64,000 nucleotides of DNA from the NCBI GenBank assembly GCA_963730605.1, contig CAVSSM010000002.1, positions 224,001-288,000 of the forward strand, read 5' to 3'. Below the pieces are notes generated by a model. That model had not been told where the DNA came from. It saw only the letters and a list, made by a program, of their open reading frames with translations, and did not search any database. Origin of the DNA: an uncultured Chlamydiae bacterium. GTDB lineage: Bacteria > Chlamydiota > Chlamydiia > Chlamydiales > SM23-39. The position numbers and the translations under genes are program-made. Positions 51,571-61,945 of the stretch are shown here, piece by piece (position 1 is the first letter of the stretch; every line of letters starts with the position of its first letter).

Positions 51571-51598
51571 GATGTATTGCATGCATGATACCTGCCTA

Positions 51599-51952
51599 AT
51601 GAGACCGTTGCTCTGGATAGGTTCCTCTAAGAAGGATCTCAAGGAAATGCCTGTAGGCGTGCGAAAGGAAATTGGCCACTCGTTGAGAGAACTTCAGAAG
51701 GGAAGAGATCCGGGGAACACCAAGCCTCTTAAGCATCTTCATGAACCAATATCAGAAGTGGTCGTAGACGAACGAGAAGGGACTTTTAGGGCGGCCTACA
51801 CTGTGGAGTTCAAGAACGTCGTAGCTGTATTGCACGTGTTCCATAAAAAAAGCAAATCGGGCATTGCTACGCCGAAGAAGGAGATCGATTTGATTCTCCA
51901 AAGGCTGAAGCAGGCGAGAGTCGATTATCATGAATGGAAGAGGGAAAAATGA
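51599..51952 (+). CDS. RelE/ParE (Gp49-like) toxin
   Basis: WIGSSKKDL, FRAAY, VLHVFHKKSKSGIATPK. Confidence 0.9.
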   Translation: MRPLLWIGSSKKDLKEMPVGVRKEIGHSLRELQKGRDPGNTKPLKHLHEPISEVVVDEREGTFRAAYTVEFKNVVAVLHVFHKKSKSGIATPKKEIDLILQRLKQARVDYHEWKREK

Positions 51953-52311
51953 AAGAAAAAGATTTTGTCACCACCGATAATGTTTTTGACGATCTCGGCT
52001 TAGATGATTCTGTCGAAATGATTACTCGATCAGACCTGATGTCGGAAGTTGTTAATCTTATCCGAAAAAGCGGTCTTAGCCAGAAGGAAATCGCTGGAAT
52101 TTTAGGGATTAGCGCTCCTAAAGTATCATCTCTTATGACTGGTAAAATCAATGATTTCAGCAACGACACCCTTTTGAACTACCTCACGTTGCTTGGCTGC
52201 AACATAGAGATCAAAGTTGTGCCTCAACGGAGAATATCCAAGTCGGTCAAAAGAGGAACAATGACGCTGCGAAAACAAAGAGTAAGACGACGAAGTAGGG
52301 CTAGTACCTGA
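51949..52311 (+). CDS. XRE HTH antitoxin
   Basis: NVFDDLG, LSQKEIAGILGISAPKVS. Confidence 0.9.
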   Translation: MKEKDFVTTDNVFDDLGLDDSVEMITRSDLMSEVVNLIRKSGLSQKEIAGILGISAPKVSSLMTGKINDFSNDTLLNYLTLLGCNIEIKVVPQRRISKSVKRGTMTLRKQRVRRRSRAST

Positions 52312-53462
52312 CCACAAAAGTTTTCATGGGTAGAGCCTCTTCATTTTCACTCGCGCATCTGGGATAGCAAATCCCCAAAGGATCTTTGCCCGTCTAGCAT
52401 TTCTATCTGATACATAAGCGGCCACCTCTCTACCGAGAACTTCTTTTGAGCCTATTCGCCTTTTGAGGCACTGACCGCCAAGAACAGAAATTTCAATCTC
52501 TGCCATGTTCAACCAACTTGCATGTTTTGGCGTATGGCGCACCTCTAATTTCTTAATGATCCTCCTGGCTTCTTCGGGCTCAAACGTCTCGTAGAGATTA
52601 GCCAGTCGATGCGTATTCAAATTGTCCATGACAACCCTAATTTTTTCTGCCTCGGGAAAATGTTTGTCCACCAGATCCTTCATGCACTCGGCAAAATCTT
52701 TTTTTGTTCTCTGGTCTGTGACTTTTATTTCCCGCCAGCCTCCCAAGGGCTGTACAAAAACAAAGAGGTTGCTTGTTCCATTCCTTTCGTACTCATAATC
52801 TCGGCGTTTGACTCTCCCTGGCACTGCGGCAATTGGCGCCAACACATCATCTACCAATTGGACTGGTGTTTCATCAAAACACACAACGGGTTTCTTTTCG
52901 TTCAGCGGCTCCTCATATAAATCTAAAACATCTTCCATCCGACAAATATACTCGTAATCCACTTCTGGAACACACCAACTCTTTACTTGCCATGGCTTTA
53001 TTTCGTTTTTTTTAATGTTCTGCGAACCGTTTCGTCCGATATGGAATCTGTCAACTCTAGCGTAATGCAACGATCCGCAAGTAGCTGCATTGTCCAGCAG
53101 GCGCGTCCTTCGGGCGCCTCGCTGCAAGCAAGCGCGATTAAATGGGCTTTAGCCTTTCCAACCATCTTCTCCGGTCTTCCGGATCGCGCTTTTTCATTGA
53201 GTGATTGTTGTAGCCCGTGTTCACAGTAGGCTTTTCTTGTATTGTAAACGCTCACCTCGCTGCACCGTAGCAAAGAGGCAATCTCTTTATCTGGTTTCTT
53301 CTCATCAGCGAATAACAGAGTTTGCGCTCTTCTGATAATCCGCGCGGATGACTTCCCTTTTCTAACAATGTCCTCGAGTTCGCTGCGCACCTCAACTGTG
53401 AGATGAACGGACCATTTTTTGTTCATAGCTGCCTCCAAATGAAAGGCATATATGGAACACTA
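52303..53462 (-). mobile_element. IS630 family element with frameshifted transposase (53438-52998 then on to 52324)
   Basis: HTH orfA; A8 run at ~53006-53013 joins LKK to NEIKPW; DET, DNLNTH, SWLNMAEIE; ends approximate. Confidence 0.88.
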
Positions 53463-53680
53463 TTCAAACATTTTTTTAAAAACTTTAAAATCCTATGGTT
53501 TAGTTAAAGAGCCTCGCTTTGCGGCCTTGCATCCCAAGGCATTTCGCAGTAGCACAACTTGCTCTCTTTAACTCACACTATTTCAGACTGATAGGATTTA
53601 AATAAGACGACCGAATTTAATAGGTCAAAAGACAACCCTTTTCATTGAGAAGAACATCTCAAAAAAAAGAGTCGACGATT

Positions 53681-54910
53681 TTAAATGGGAGACTGTTTTT
53701 TGCCCCGCTTCGGCCTCCATCCGTGCCGCTTGTCAAATTGTGAGCATTCTTTTTTAATCAGTTTTTTAGTGCATGCTTTCTGTATTTCGGGGGCAGCTTC
53801 TTTCCATACGAGCACCCGAATGGAATCGTAAGTGCGCTGTTTTCTTTGTTCACGAGACAGTTTCAGCAGCTCCCGTTCAATTATGGATTGGACAAATTCC
53901 CTTGCCTCATTTTTTAGCTGCTGCGGCTTTTTAAGAACGGGCTCATTTAACATCTCCTCTTCAAGCAAGAGAACAAATCGCTGCACCAACCGCCATAGTT
54001 TATCTCGTGGCACTGGCGCCTTGCCCCAGTCCGCTCCAAAGGCGCTCAGAAACGACTGCAACTGCCATTGACAGCTAAGCTCATCGCAACGAATAAGATC
54101 ATTTGGGAGCGGTCCCACAGGCGTGGGCTTTATTTTGCTAAAATGGGCTATCCGGTCGAGCCAACTGAATGTAGATAACAATGAGCTATCTGTGGCTGCC
54201 TCCCAGTCCTTTTCCGTAGTCGTCCTAAGCAATACCGCGTACTCATCTTCTGGATATTGGATCTTTTGAATCACGCCAAACTTTATGTCGTGGTCAATCC
54301 TGTCTGCCCAATCATTCTTCCGGATCACTGCACTAATAAAGCTGTGTCCTAATTTATCATACAACAGACTCCCTTCCGGAGAATCAGGAAAAACTTCTGT
54401 CGGTTTTTCGACTCGGATAGGCGGCTCATCAAACGATAGACACTCTGCTACCACCCGAACCGTGGCAAAACCATCAAAAATCCTCTCATCACCGTATCTG
54501 GCAACCGAATCGCATACCTGCATAAAATCGTTACACACTCCGTGCCAAAACGAGCCCATAAAAATCAATTCGGGACGTTCACCCTTGAGATACGCTTTAT
54601 ACTCCTGTACGGCCTTGGCGCAAGGCCACCATCTGTTTACAGCAGCCTCTTCTAAAATGTTCACCTTTGACAGCAGCCAATCCATCATGCGCTGTTTACA
54701 AGCCTTCTGTTCCTGAGCCTCTTTCTCTACCGCCTTTGTTAAATCGGCACAGATTTTTGCACTGGGAGGACTCCTCTTAACCTTGTCCATCAATTTCGAT
54801 AGAAGGATTAAAAAGCCCGCTGGACTATCTGCCAATTCTAAAAGGTTAAGTGTGGGAAGAATTTGCTCTCGGAATCGATCAATTTGCACTTGTTTTACCG
54901 TTTTGCTCAT
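53681..54910 (-). CDS. Hypothetical protein overlapping the integrase 3' end
   Basis: ~409-aa ORF; no family recognised. Confidence 0.7.
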   Translation of the reverse strand: MSKTVKQVQIDRFREQILPTLNLLELADSPAGFLILLSKLMDKVKRSPPSAKICADLTKAVEKEAQEQKACKQRMMDWLLSKVNILEEAAVNRWWPCAKAVQEYKAYLKGERPELIFMGSFWHGVCNDFMQVCDSVARYGDERIFDGFATVRVVAECLSFDEPPIRVEKPTEVFPDSPEGSLLYDKLGHSFISAVIRKNDWADRIDHDIKFGVIQKIQYPEDEYAVLLRTTTEKDWEAATDSSLLSTFSWLDRIAHFSKIKPTPVGPLPNDLIRCDELSCQWQLQSFLSAFGADWGKAPVPRDKLWRLVQRFVLLLEEEMLNEPVLKKPQQLKNEAREFVQSIIERELLKLSREQRKQRTYDSIRVLVWKEAAPEIQKACTKKLIKKECSQFDKRHGWRPKRGKKQSPI

Positions 54911-55985
54911 CTGAAACCTCATCTAATAGATTGGCTTGGGTGCGTTCCATCACGTTAGCGATGTGTTTTTTGCTATAGTGACGGTAGCGGACGGTCATGC
55001 GCGGACTGCGGTGGCCGAGAATTTCCATTAGCTCGCCTTGGGAGGCACCGTTCATCGCCATGTGAGAGCAGGCTGTGTGGCGAAGGTCATGGAAGCGGAA
55101 GTCATCGATGTTGGCCTCTTTGGCGGCCTTGATGAAGGCGTGGCGGATGTCCGCGACGGGTTTGTGAGCGCCGAGGCGGCGGGCGGGGAAGACGTAGCCC
55201 TTGCGTTCCTCGCTGTAGGTTTGGCACTCGCGGAAAGTGCGTTCGATTTCATTGATGATGGGGACGATGCGGCTGTCGCCGTTCTTGGTTTCGTGAAGGA
55301 TGACTTGGCGTTGTTCGAAATCGATGTCGACCCATTTGAGGTTGGCGATCTCGCCAAAGCGCATGCCGCTGAGGAGTGCGAGCTTGACGATGGAGTAGAG
55401 GTAGGGATGGGGTGAACGCTTGCACGCGTCGAGGAGGGCGGCGATCTCTTCTTTGTCGAGGAAGCGGCTGCGTCCTTTCGATTCGCTCGGCTTGGAGACT
55501 TTGGTGACGGGATTCTCTTCGATCCACTGCCATTCTTTGACGGCGATGGTGAAGGCTTTGGAAATGGCGGCCAAGTAACGGTTGATGGTGCTGCCGCTTC
55601 GCTTGGTCTCTCGATGGGTTGTGCCCGCGAGGAGTTTGTCTCGCCCTGCAACGATATGGGAGGGCAGGATGTCGGCAAGGAGGAAATGGCCGATTTCATT
55701 GCGCCACCACATGAGGAGCCGCTTTTGCTTGGCGGCGTACTTTTCGTAACGAGGGCACCACTCGGTGATAAAGCGGTCGATCAGCTCGGCGACGTTGTGG
55801 CGCTTGGCCTCGGCCGTGCGGAAATGGCGGCCGTCGCGGATGGCCGACTCGACGTCTTGAATCCATTTCTTGGCGAGCGTCTTGGTGCGGAAGGAGGCGC
55901 GCTGCGGTTTGCTGCCTTTGATGCGCACTTCGGCATGGAAGCTCACTTCCCCGTCACTTTTCACCACTTCTCTAATCGAACCCAT
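54879..55985 (-). CDS. Tyrosine recombinase / integrase
   Basis: SGMRFGE, TKNG, FHDLRH, LGH, RY catalytic residues; next to tRNA-Tyr. Confidence 0.96.
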   Translation of the reverse strand: MGSIREVVKSDGEVSFHAEVRIKGSKPQRASFRTKTLAKKWIQDVESAIRDGRHFRTAEAKRHNVAELIDRFITEWCPRYEKYAAKQKRLLMWWRNEIGHFLLADILPSHIVAGRDKLLAGTTHRETKRSGSTINRYLAAISKAFTIAVKEWQWIEENPVTKVSKPSESKGRSRFLDKEEIAALLDACKRSPHPYLYSIVKLALLSGMRFGEIANLKWVDIDFEQRQVILHETKNGDSRIVPIINEIERTFRECQTYSEERKGYVFPARRLGAHKPVADIRHAFIKAAKEANIDDFRFHDLRHTACSHMAMNGASQGELMEILGHRSPRMTVRYRHYSKKHIANVMERTQANLLDEVSDEQNGKTSAN

Positions 55986-56310
55986 ATGACTCCAACCTTA
56001 AAGGAATGAATATAGCTCCAACTGTATTAAAGAGCAACAGGGGGATGGGCAATCCCCAATCAACCAAGCTAAACAAGACTAATAACCAACGAGATACGAA
56101 GTGCGTAAAATGCACAATACGCAATCCTTACGCAAATGAAGAAAAAAATGCGGAGAGATTGCGATCTGAAAAAGACATAAATGAGGTTGCGGGCGATGCG
56201 ATGCAGTTTTATGCGGTTTCGTTTGGCCGAGTGCGTAAAATTTGCGTAACGGAAGTGCCGGTGGAGGCACTTTTTAGGTCGGATTTTTTGGGTAATTTTG
56301 TCTATGAGAA

Positions 56311-56392
56311 TGGGGGCGGCCAGACTCGAACTGGCGGAGACCGAAGTCGGGGGATTTACAGTCCCCTGCAATTGCCGCTATGCGACACCCCC
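56311..56392 (-). tRNA. tRNA-Tyr(GTA)
   Basis: Cloverleaf with ctGTAaa loop, long variable arm, TTCGAGT. Confidence 0.95.
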
Positions 56393-56445
56393 CGGAAAAA
56401 CAAAGAGCTTAAATGTTCAAGATCTCTGCTCTCAACAAGTATTAA

Positions 56446-56517
56446 TGCTGGCGAAAGGAATTGAACCCTCAACCATCCGATTACAAGTCGGGCGCTCTAC
56501 CATTGAGCTACACCAGC
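56446..56517 (-). tRNA. tRNA-Thr(TGT)
   Basis: gctggtgtagctcaatgg...ctTGTaa...gttcaatt...gccagca. Confidence 0.95.
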
Positions 56518-56529
56518 AAAATAGGGTTC

Positions 56530-56808
56530 TTAGCCTATCAAATTTTCTGCTTTCTTCTCAAGCTCAAGCGTTGGTTTCGGCTCAGTATAATGAGACTCGG
56601 ACGGCATGGGTTTCTTAGGCGTCGCCGCTAGATGGGAATGGAAAAGAGAGGTCAATCCCAATGTCTTTTGGATCTGAGGAGGCGCGCTCCCGGCATCGAC
56701 TACTCTCCCGGCCTTATAGCGGCCGCCAATCATCGTGCTTTCGCAACATTTTTTGAACTTTTTTCCAGATCCACAGTAACAAAGATCGTTCCTACCTATT
56801 TTTTTCAT
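56530..56808 (-). CDS. SEC-C motif protein
   Basis: [19 protein letters not shown]. Confidence 0.88.
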   Translation of the reverse strand: MKKIGRNDLCYCGSGKKFKKCCESTMIGGRYKAGRVVDAGSAPPQIQKTLGLTSLFHSHLAATPKKPMPSESHYTEPKPTLELEKKAENLIG

Positions 56809-56924
56809 ATACAGCTCAAATTCAAGATGCTATTTTAACATAGATTCACTCAAAAGTCTATAGGTAATTAATATTTTAAATTTGTAGAAACAAAGGGTTG
56901 TTTGGGATAGAATGCTTTCCGCTT

Positions 56925-57674
56925 ATGGAAATCAAACCTCCCATCGCGCGCCCTCCTTGGACAGGATTGGGAAAAGAACTCGAAAGCCTGGTACGCAAGG
57001 CGCTATTCGATTTTTCTCTCTTGGAAAAAGATGTAAAAAAGGTCGCTGTGGCCTTGAGTGGAGGCAAGGACAGCTTAAGCCTCCTCTATCTCTTGCACGG
57101 GATCCGAGGGCGAGGATTTCCCCTCTTCGACCTTTATGCGATCCATGTCGATGGGGAATTTACCTGCGGCGCCGGGATCGGCGCGGGGTACCTAGGCGCG
57201 ATCTGTTCCGAGCTCTCCGTTCCACTGATACGGCGCGAATCGACGCAGAAGCTTGAAACTTTGGAGTGTTACAGATGTTCCAGGGAAAGAAGAAAGCTCA
57301 TTTTCGATGCTGCCAAAGATGTGGGCGCTAGGGTCGTAGCCTTCGGCCACCACCGCGACGATAGCGCGCAAACGCTTCTTCTCAACTTGTTCCATAAGGG
57401 AGAATTCGCTGCGAATCTTCCCAAAGTGTTCATGCGCGAATACGGAGTGACGATCATCCGGCCCCTTATCTATATCGCAGAGGAATCGATCCGCAGTTTC
57501 GCAAAAGAGTACGGTTTTGCCAGGATCACGTGCCAATGTCCCGTTGGGCAAAATTCGAAAAGGAAAACCGTCGATGGTCTGCTACGCCAGATCGAAGAGC
57601 ATTTTCCTCATGCAAGAGGCAATCTGGCGCGCGCCGGCCTTCTCTACGGCTCAGATAAGGCCGCGACTCCTTGA
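56925..57674 (+). CDS. ttcA: tRNA 2-thiocytidine biosynthesis protein
   Basis: SGGKDS, CYRC, GHHRDD, IIRPL, CQCP. Confidence 0.9.
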   Translation: MEIKPPIARPPWTGLGKELESLVRKALFDFSLLEKDVKKVAVALSGGKDSLSLLYLLHGIRGRGFPLFDLYAIHVDGEFTCGAGIGAGYLGAICSELSVPLIRRESTQKLETLECYRCSRERRKLIFDAAKDVGARVVAFGHHRDDSAQTLLLNLFHKGEFAANLPKVFMREYGVTIIRPLIYIAEESIRSFAKEYGFARITCQCPVGQNSKRKTVDGLLRQIEEHFPHARGNLARAGLLYGSDKAATP

Positions 57675-57708
57675 ACTCTTTCCGCATTTTCGATACATTT
57701 GAGTTTGT

Positions 57709-59163
57709 ATGGAATTTCCGGTTGCCAAGCAGTATGTTTTCGTCGAGATCGCAACGTTTTTCGGCTATTTCGCAGTCATTCTCCTGATCGCTTTGGCCTC
57801 TTACCGGAAACAACAATCGGATTCCGATTTTATCATAGGGGGCCGCTCGCTGAATTTTTGGCTGACCGCCCTTTCGGCGCATGCAAGCGATATGAGCAGC
57901 TGGCTCTTTTTGGCATACCCGGCCGAAATCTTTACCCAGGGTGTTTTCTATGCCTGGGCTGCCATCGGCCTGACAGGATTTATGTTTCTGAACTGGCAGT
58001 TCATTGCGCCCCGGATCCGAACGGTCACGGAACAGCTCGGCAGCTTGACGCTAAATTCCTACTTCGAAACGCGCTTCGGAGATAGAAGCGGCGCTATCCG
58101 CGTCGTTTCCGCCCTCATGGCGGTTCTCTTCTACACATTCTACATCACCTCAGGTTTATATGCGCTCGGAATCCTGGTGGAATCGCTGTTCGGCCTGAGC
58201 TATGTTTTCGGGATCTCCTTCGGCCTTCTTGTCGTCGTGATCTATGTCTTCATGGGCGGATACAAAACGGTCGCATGGATCGATCTATTCCAAGGGTTTT
58301 TCCTCTTGGGAGTCATCGTCTTCATCCCCGCCTCCTTGCTCCTAAAATTCGGCGGGACTGGGCCTGTCCTCCATGCCGTTTCATTAAAAGGGATCTCGAC
58401 CCATTTGTTTCCCAATTTCGGTCCAAAAACACTTTGGCAAATCTTGATGATCACGGCGGGATGGGGGCTCGGTTATTTCGGACAGCCTCACATCATCACG
58501 AAATTCATGGGGATTAGCCGCGTGAGCGAAATGCACAAAGCAAAATGGCTCGGCATCAGTTGGCAATTGATCGCACTCCTTTCCGCAACCTGGATCGGAC
58601 TTGTGGGGATATACATGTTCCCCCAAGGGTTGAAGGAATCCCAAGAACTCATCCTGGATATCGTGAAAACGACTTTCACTCCCTTCTTTGCCGGGCTGGT
58701 TCTTTGCGCAATTCTTGCCGCAACGACAAACGTCATGGCCGCGCAAATTCTCGTCGTCGCTTCCAATTTAGCCGAAGACATCTATAAACGGCTTTTCAGG
58801 GCGACGGCAACATCTGTCGAACTTCTCTGGATCACTCGGGGCGGCGTCGTATTCATCTCGCTTGTCGGATTTATCATCGCCTACTTCAAGATTACGACCA
58901 TTTTTCAACTCGTCCTCTATGCGTGGTCGGGCCTCGGCGCTTCCTTCGGCCCCCTCTTGCTCCTCTCTTTATACATGAAAAATCTCAACCGGTACGGAGC
59001 TTTCGCCGGCATCCTCGTCGGCGGAGTGACGGCGGCTATTTGGCCCATTTTTAAAGACCCCCTCGGCGTTGGAGCCATGGTGGCCGGGTTCGCCTTCAGC
59101 ATCGCCGCGATCATAGGAATCTCCTATGCAACCCGCCCAAAAGAAGCTGTGATCGAGCCTTGA
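57709..59163 (+). CDS. putP: Sodium/proline symporter
   Basis: ALSAHASDMSSW, WGLGYFGQPHI, YAWSGLGASFGP. Confidence 0.93.
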   Translation: MEFPVAKQYVFVEIATFFGYFAVILLIALASYRKQQSDSDFIIGGRSLNFWLTALSAHASDMSSWLFLAYPAEIFTQGVFYAWAAIGLTGFMFLNWQFIAPRIRTVTEQLGSLTLNSYFETRFGDRSGAIRVVSALMAVLFYTFYITSGLYALGILVESLFGLSYVFGISFGLLVVVIYVFMGGYKTVAWIDLFQGFFLLGVIVFIPASLLLKFGGTGPVLHAVSLKGISTHLFPNFGPKTLWQILMITAGWGLGYFGQPHIITKFMGISRVSEMHKAKWLGISWQLIALLSATWIGLVGIYMFPQGLKESQELILDIVKTTFTPFFAGLVLCAILAATTNVMAAQILVVASNLAEDIYKRLFRATATSVELLWITRGGVVFISLVGFIIAYFKITTIFQLVLYAWSGLGASFGPLLLLSLYMKNLNRYGAFAGILVGGVTAAIWPIFKDPLGVGAMVAGFAFSIAAIIGISYATRPKEAVIEP

Positions 59164-59196
59164 AACTATAACAAGTTTTCGAGGATAATTACGTCT

Positions 59197-59992
59197 ATGA
59201 CTCGCCCCTTTTTGCTTATCACCAATGACGACGGGATCCACGCGCCTGGACTAAGGCACCTCTGGCAAGCTGTCGAGAGCCATGCGGAGTCGGCCATTGT
59301 CGCCCCTTTGATCGAAAAATCGGGGGCCGGCCTTTCGATCACGTGGGGTAAACCACTGATGCTCAATTCGGTCCATTGGGAGGGCGCCGAAGCCTGGAGC
59401 CTGAACGGCACCCCTGCGGACTGTGTGAAGATGGCTCTCTCTGTTCTTTTGAAAAAAGCGCCCTCAGCTGATCGTATCGGGCATCAACCGAGGGTCGAAC
59501 TCGGGAAGGACAGCCCTTTACAGCGGAACGGTCGGCGGCGTGATCGAAGGGGCCATGAAAGGAATCCCCGGAATTGCTTTTTCCTATTCCGACTACGACT
59601 CAATTCCTTCGCTTGAGCTGACGAAAAAGTATATTTTTCCTTTGATCCAACATTTCCTAAGCCACCCTCTTCCGCCCGGAACCATATTGAACGTGAATTT
59701 TCCCTATACCTCCAAAGAGATCAAAGGAGTGCGGCTCGCCATTCAAGGAAAAGGTCATTGGATCGAACAGCCGGACAAACGGATCCATCCCGACGGCCTT
59801 CCTTATTACTGGCTCGGGGGCGTCTGGCACACCTGCGAAGAAGAGCCCGAAAGCGATGTAGCTCTCCTCGAACAAGGGTACATCACCGCGGTTCCTCTCC
59901 GAGTTGGCGAATTGACCCATCTGGAAGCCTTTTCGACCCACAAAGAGGCGCTTCAAAAAAAATTCTATACTGCGACCGCTCAAAAAGTGTGA
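59197..59992 (+). CDS. surE: 5'/3'-nucleotidase SurE, frameshifted at an A-run near 59452
   Basis: TNDDG, GTPADCV, then in another frame VSGIN, YSGTV, LNVNFP. Confidence 0.88.
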
Positions 59993-60127
59993 AAACCGCC
60001 GAGGAAGCGGCGCAGATTTTTGTGTCCAGAACGAGGAGCGTGTTCATAGACACGGCCCGAAGTGAAGACCAAAAATATGCTGCCAAGCTGACGCCGGCAG
60101 ATTCACATTTTTTGGATGGGAGCAGTA
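59968..60127. mobile_element. MITE family D, short copy
   Basis: TIR tactgc..aaaaagtgtgaa / ttcaca.ttttt..gcagta with TA on both flanks. Confidence 0.8.
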
Positions 60128-60137
60128 TATCACGGGT

Positions 60138-60764
60138 CTATTTCGATACCCTCTTAGCACGGTCGAGCCGATGCACCGCTTCGCTTTGGGCCGCCTCGAT
60201 CAAAGAGCGCGCTCCTGGAATCTCATAGACCCGGGCCAGCTCTGCAAACAGGGCCTCCCCTGCCGCTGTCCTTTCTGCAGGCTCGGCCGGAGGGGGAAAA
60301 TGCCTGGTTTCGATGAGCAGCTCCCCGATCCGATTGAAATGTTTTTTGAGCTTTTTCGATCCCTTTTGCACATCCTCGATCGTCTCCATCTTCTTCAGAT
60401 CGCCGGTAAGCTTTTTCATCTGCTCCTCTCCTTCGCAACGGAGCTCTTTCAAGTTTGCCGGGGCGCATCCGGCAAGAAGGAGAAAAATCGGGAGGAAGTG
60501 GATATACTGCGACCGCCAAAAAAGTGTGAAAATGCCAAGGAGGCGCCCCGATTTTGAGCCAGGCGTAGCCGGCGCTGAAGCAGCTAAACTTGAAAAGTTT
60601 AGCGCCGGGGCCCCCGAAGACTCATCGTCTTTGGGGTGGGGTGGAGGCGGGCTCAAAAGCGGTGGCTGTCCGACGCCGCCACCGGGGCCCCCAAAAACGC
60701 ATCGTTTTTGGGGTGGGGCGCCGGCAGATTCACACTTTTTGGGCGGGAGCAGTATAAGTCGCAT
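60138..60764 (-). CDS. Lipoprotein with in-frame MITE insertion
   Basis: LAGC lipobox; the empty site gives MRLIHFLPIFLLLAGC. Confidence 0.75.
   Translation of the reverse strand: MRLILLPPKKCESAGAPPQKRCVFGGPGGGVGQPPLLSPPPPHPKDDESSGAPALNFSSLAASAPATPGSKSGRLLGIFTLFWRSQYIHFLPIFLLLAGCAPANLKELRCEGEEQMKKLTGDLKKMETIEDVQKGSKKLKKHFNRIGELLIETRHFPPPAEPAERTAAGEALFAELARVYEIPGARSLIEAAQSEAVHRLDRAKRVSK
60505..60754. mobile_element. MITE family D, long copy
   Basis: Same TIR as 59968; TA TSD at 60503-60504 and 60755-60756. Confidence 0.85.
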
Positions 60765-60807
60765 TGTATTTTATTCTCGCTCCACTATACTATAGTAGTT
60801 CGTTTTT

Positions 60808-60880
60808 GGGCGTATAGCTCAGTTGGTAGAGCGCCTGTCTTACACACAGGTGGTCATAGGTTCGAGTCCTGTTGCGCCCA
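60808..60880 (+). tRNA. tRNA-Val(TAC)
   Basis: Cloverleaf, ctTACac loop. Confidence 0.95.
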
Positions 60881-60893
60881 AAGACTGCCTATC

Positions 60894-60967
60894 GCGGGAG
60901 TAGTTCAATTGGTTAGAGCACCGCCCTGTCACGGCGGAAGTTGCGGGTTCGAGCCCCGTCTCCCGCG
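60894..60967 (+). tRNA. tRNA-Asp(GTC)
   Basis: Cloverleaf, ctGTCac loop. Confidence 0.95.
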
Positions 60968-61027
60968 ATTTTTTGACAAACATCATGAAGTCATTATCGT
61001 TAATATTTTAACTCTAGAAGCTGGATA

Positions 61028-61945
61028 TGCCGCAACCCTAAACTACGAACACGAAATACTTGATCCATATCGCCATCAGCTTCTTCGGAATGACGGTCGG
61101 CGCATTTTTTGCCGCATTGGCCATCCGGATTTTCTTGATTCCCAATGAGTTGATCGACGGCGGCGTCATCGGTATTTCCTGATCCTTGGCCGACTCTATG
61201 GCAAGCTCCTATATTTCCTATTTTCCTCGTCGTCCTCAACCTTCCGTTTATTTATCTCGCGTGGCGGTATATCCGCCGCTCCTTCGTCATCCACATGCTC
61301 GCTGCGATCGTGTTCTTCGCTATTTTTCTTATCGCTCTTAGAACAATCTTCCCTCATTTTCAGCTGATCCTCTCGAGGCGATCGTCATCGGCGGCGCCAT
61401 GCTGGGCGCCGGCGCCGGGACTCATCATCCGCAATGGCGGATGCACCGATGGCACGGAAATCCTGGCGATCATCATCAACCGCAAAAAAGGGTTTACCGT
61501 CGGACAGGTCATTTTCTTCATCAAATCTTCATATTTGCCGCCTATGGTTGGATTTTCAACGACTGGCATATCGCGCTCCGCTCCCTCATGACTCTATATC
61601 GTCGCGTTCAAGATGATGGATATCGTCATCGCAGGTCTCGAAGAGCTCAAATCGGTCCTGATCATGTGCTCCAAACCGGAAAAATTGAGCAAAATCATCA
61701 CCCATGAATTGGGCCTCGGCCTCACCTTCATCAAAGGGAAAGGAGGATATTCCGGAGAAGACCGCGACATCCTCTTCATCATCGTCGAACGCCTCGATCT
61801 CTCTGAACTCAAAGAAATCGTCCTGCGCGAGGATCCAAGCGCCTTCATGGCAATCGAAAATCTCCATGAAGTGGCCTACGGCCGCACGGCAAGAGTCGCC
61901 TTGCGCCGGAAGGCAAGGAGACCTTTTGCAAAAGGTCTCCTATGA
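61028..61945 (+). pseudogene. YitT family protein with several frameshifts
   Basis: FLIPNELIDGG, GGCTDGTEIL, GKGGYSG, DPSAF lie in different frames; may be sequencing errors. Confidence 0.75.

Noticed and set aside
45775..56310. Prophage or ICE
   Set aside because: No capsid, terminase, relaxase or T4SS genes recognised.
56006..56618. Plus-strand ORFs over the tRNAs
   Set aside because: Antisense to tRNA-Tyr/Thr; spurious.
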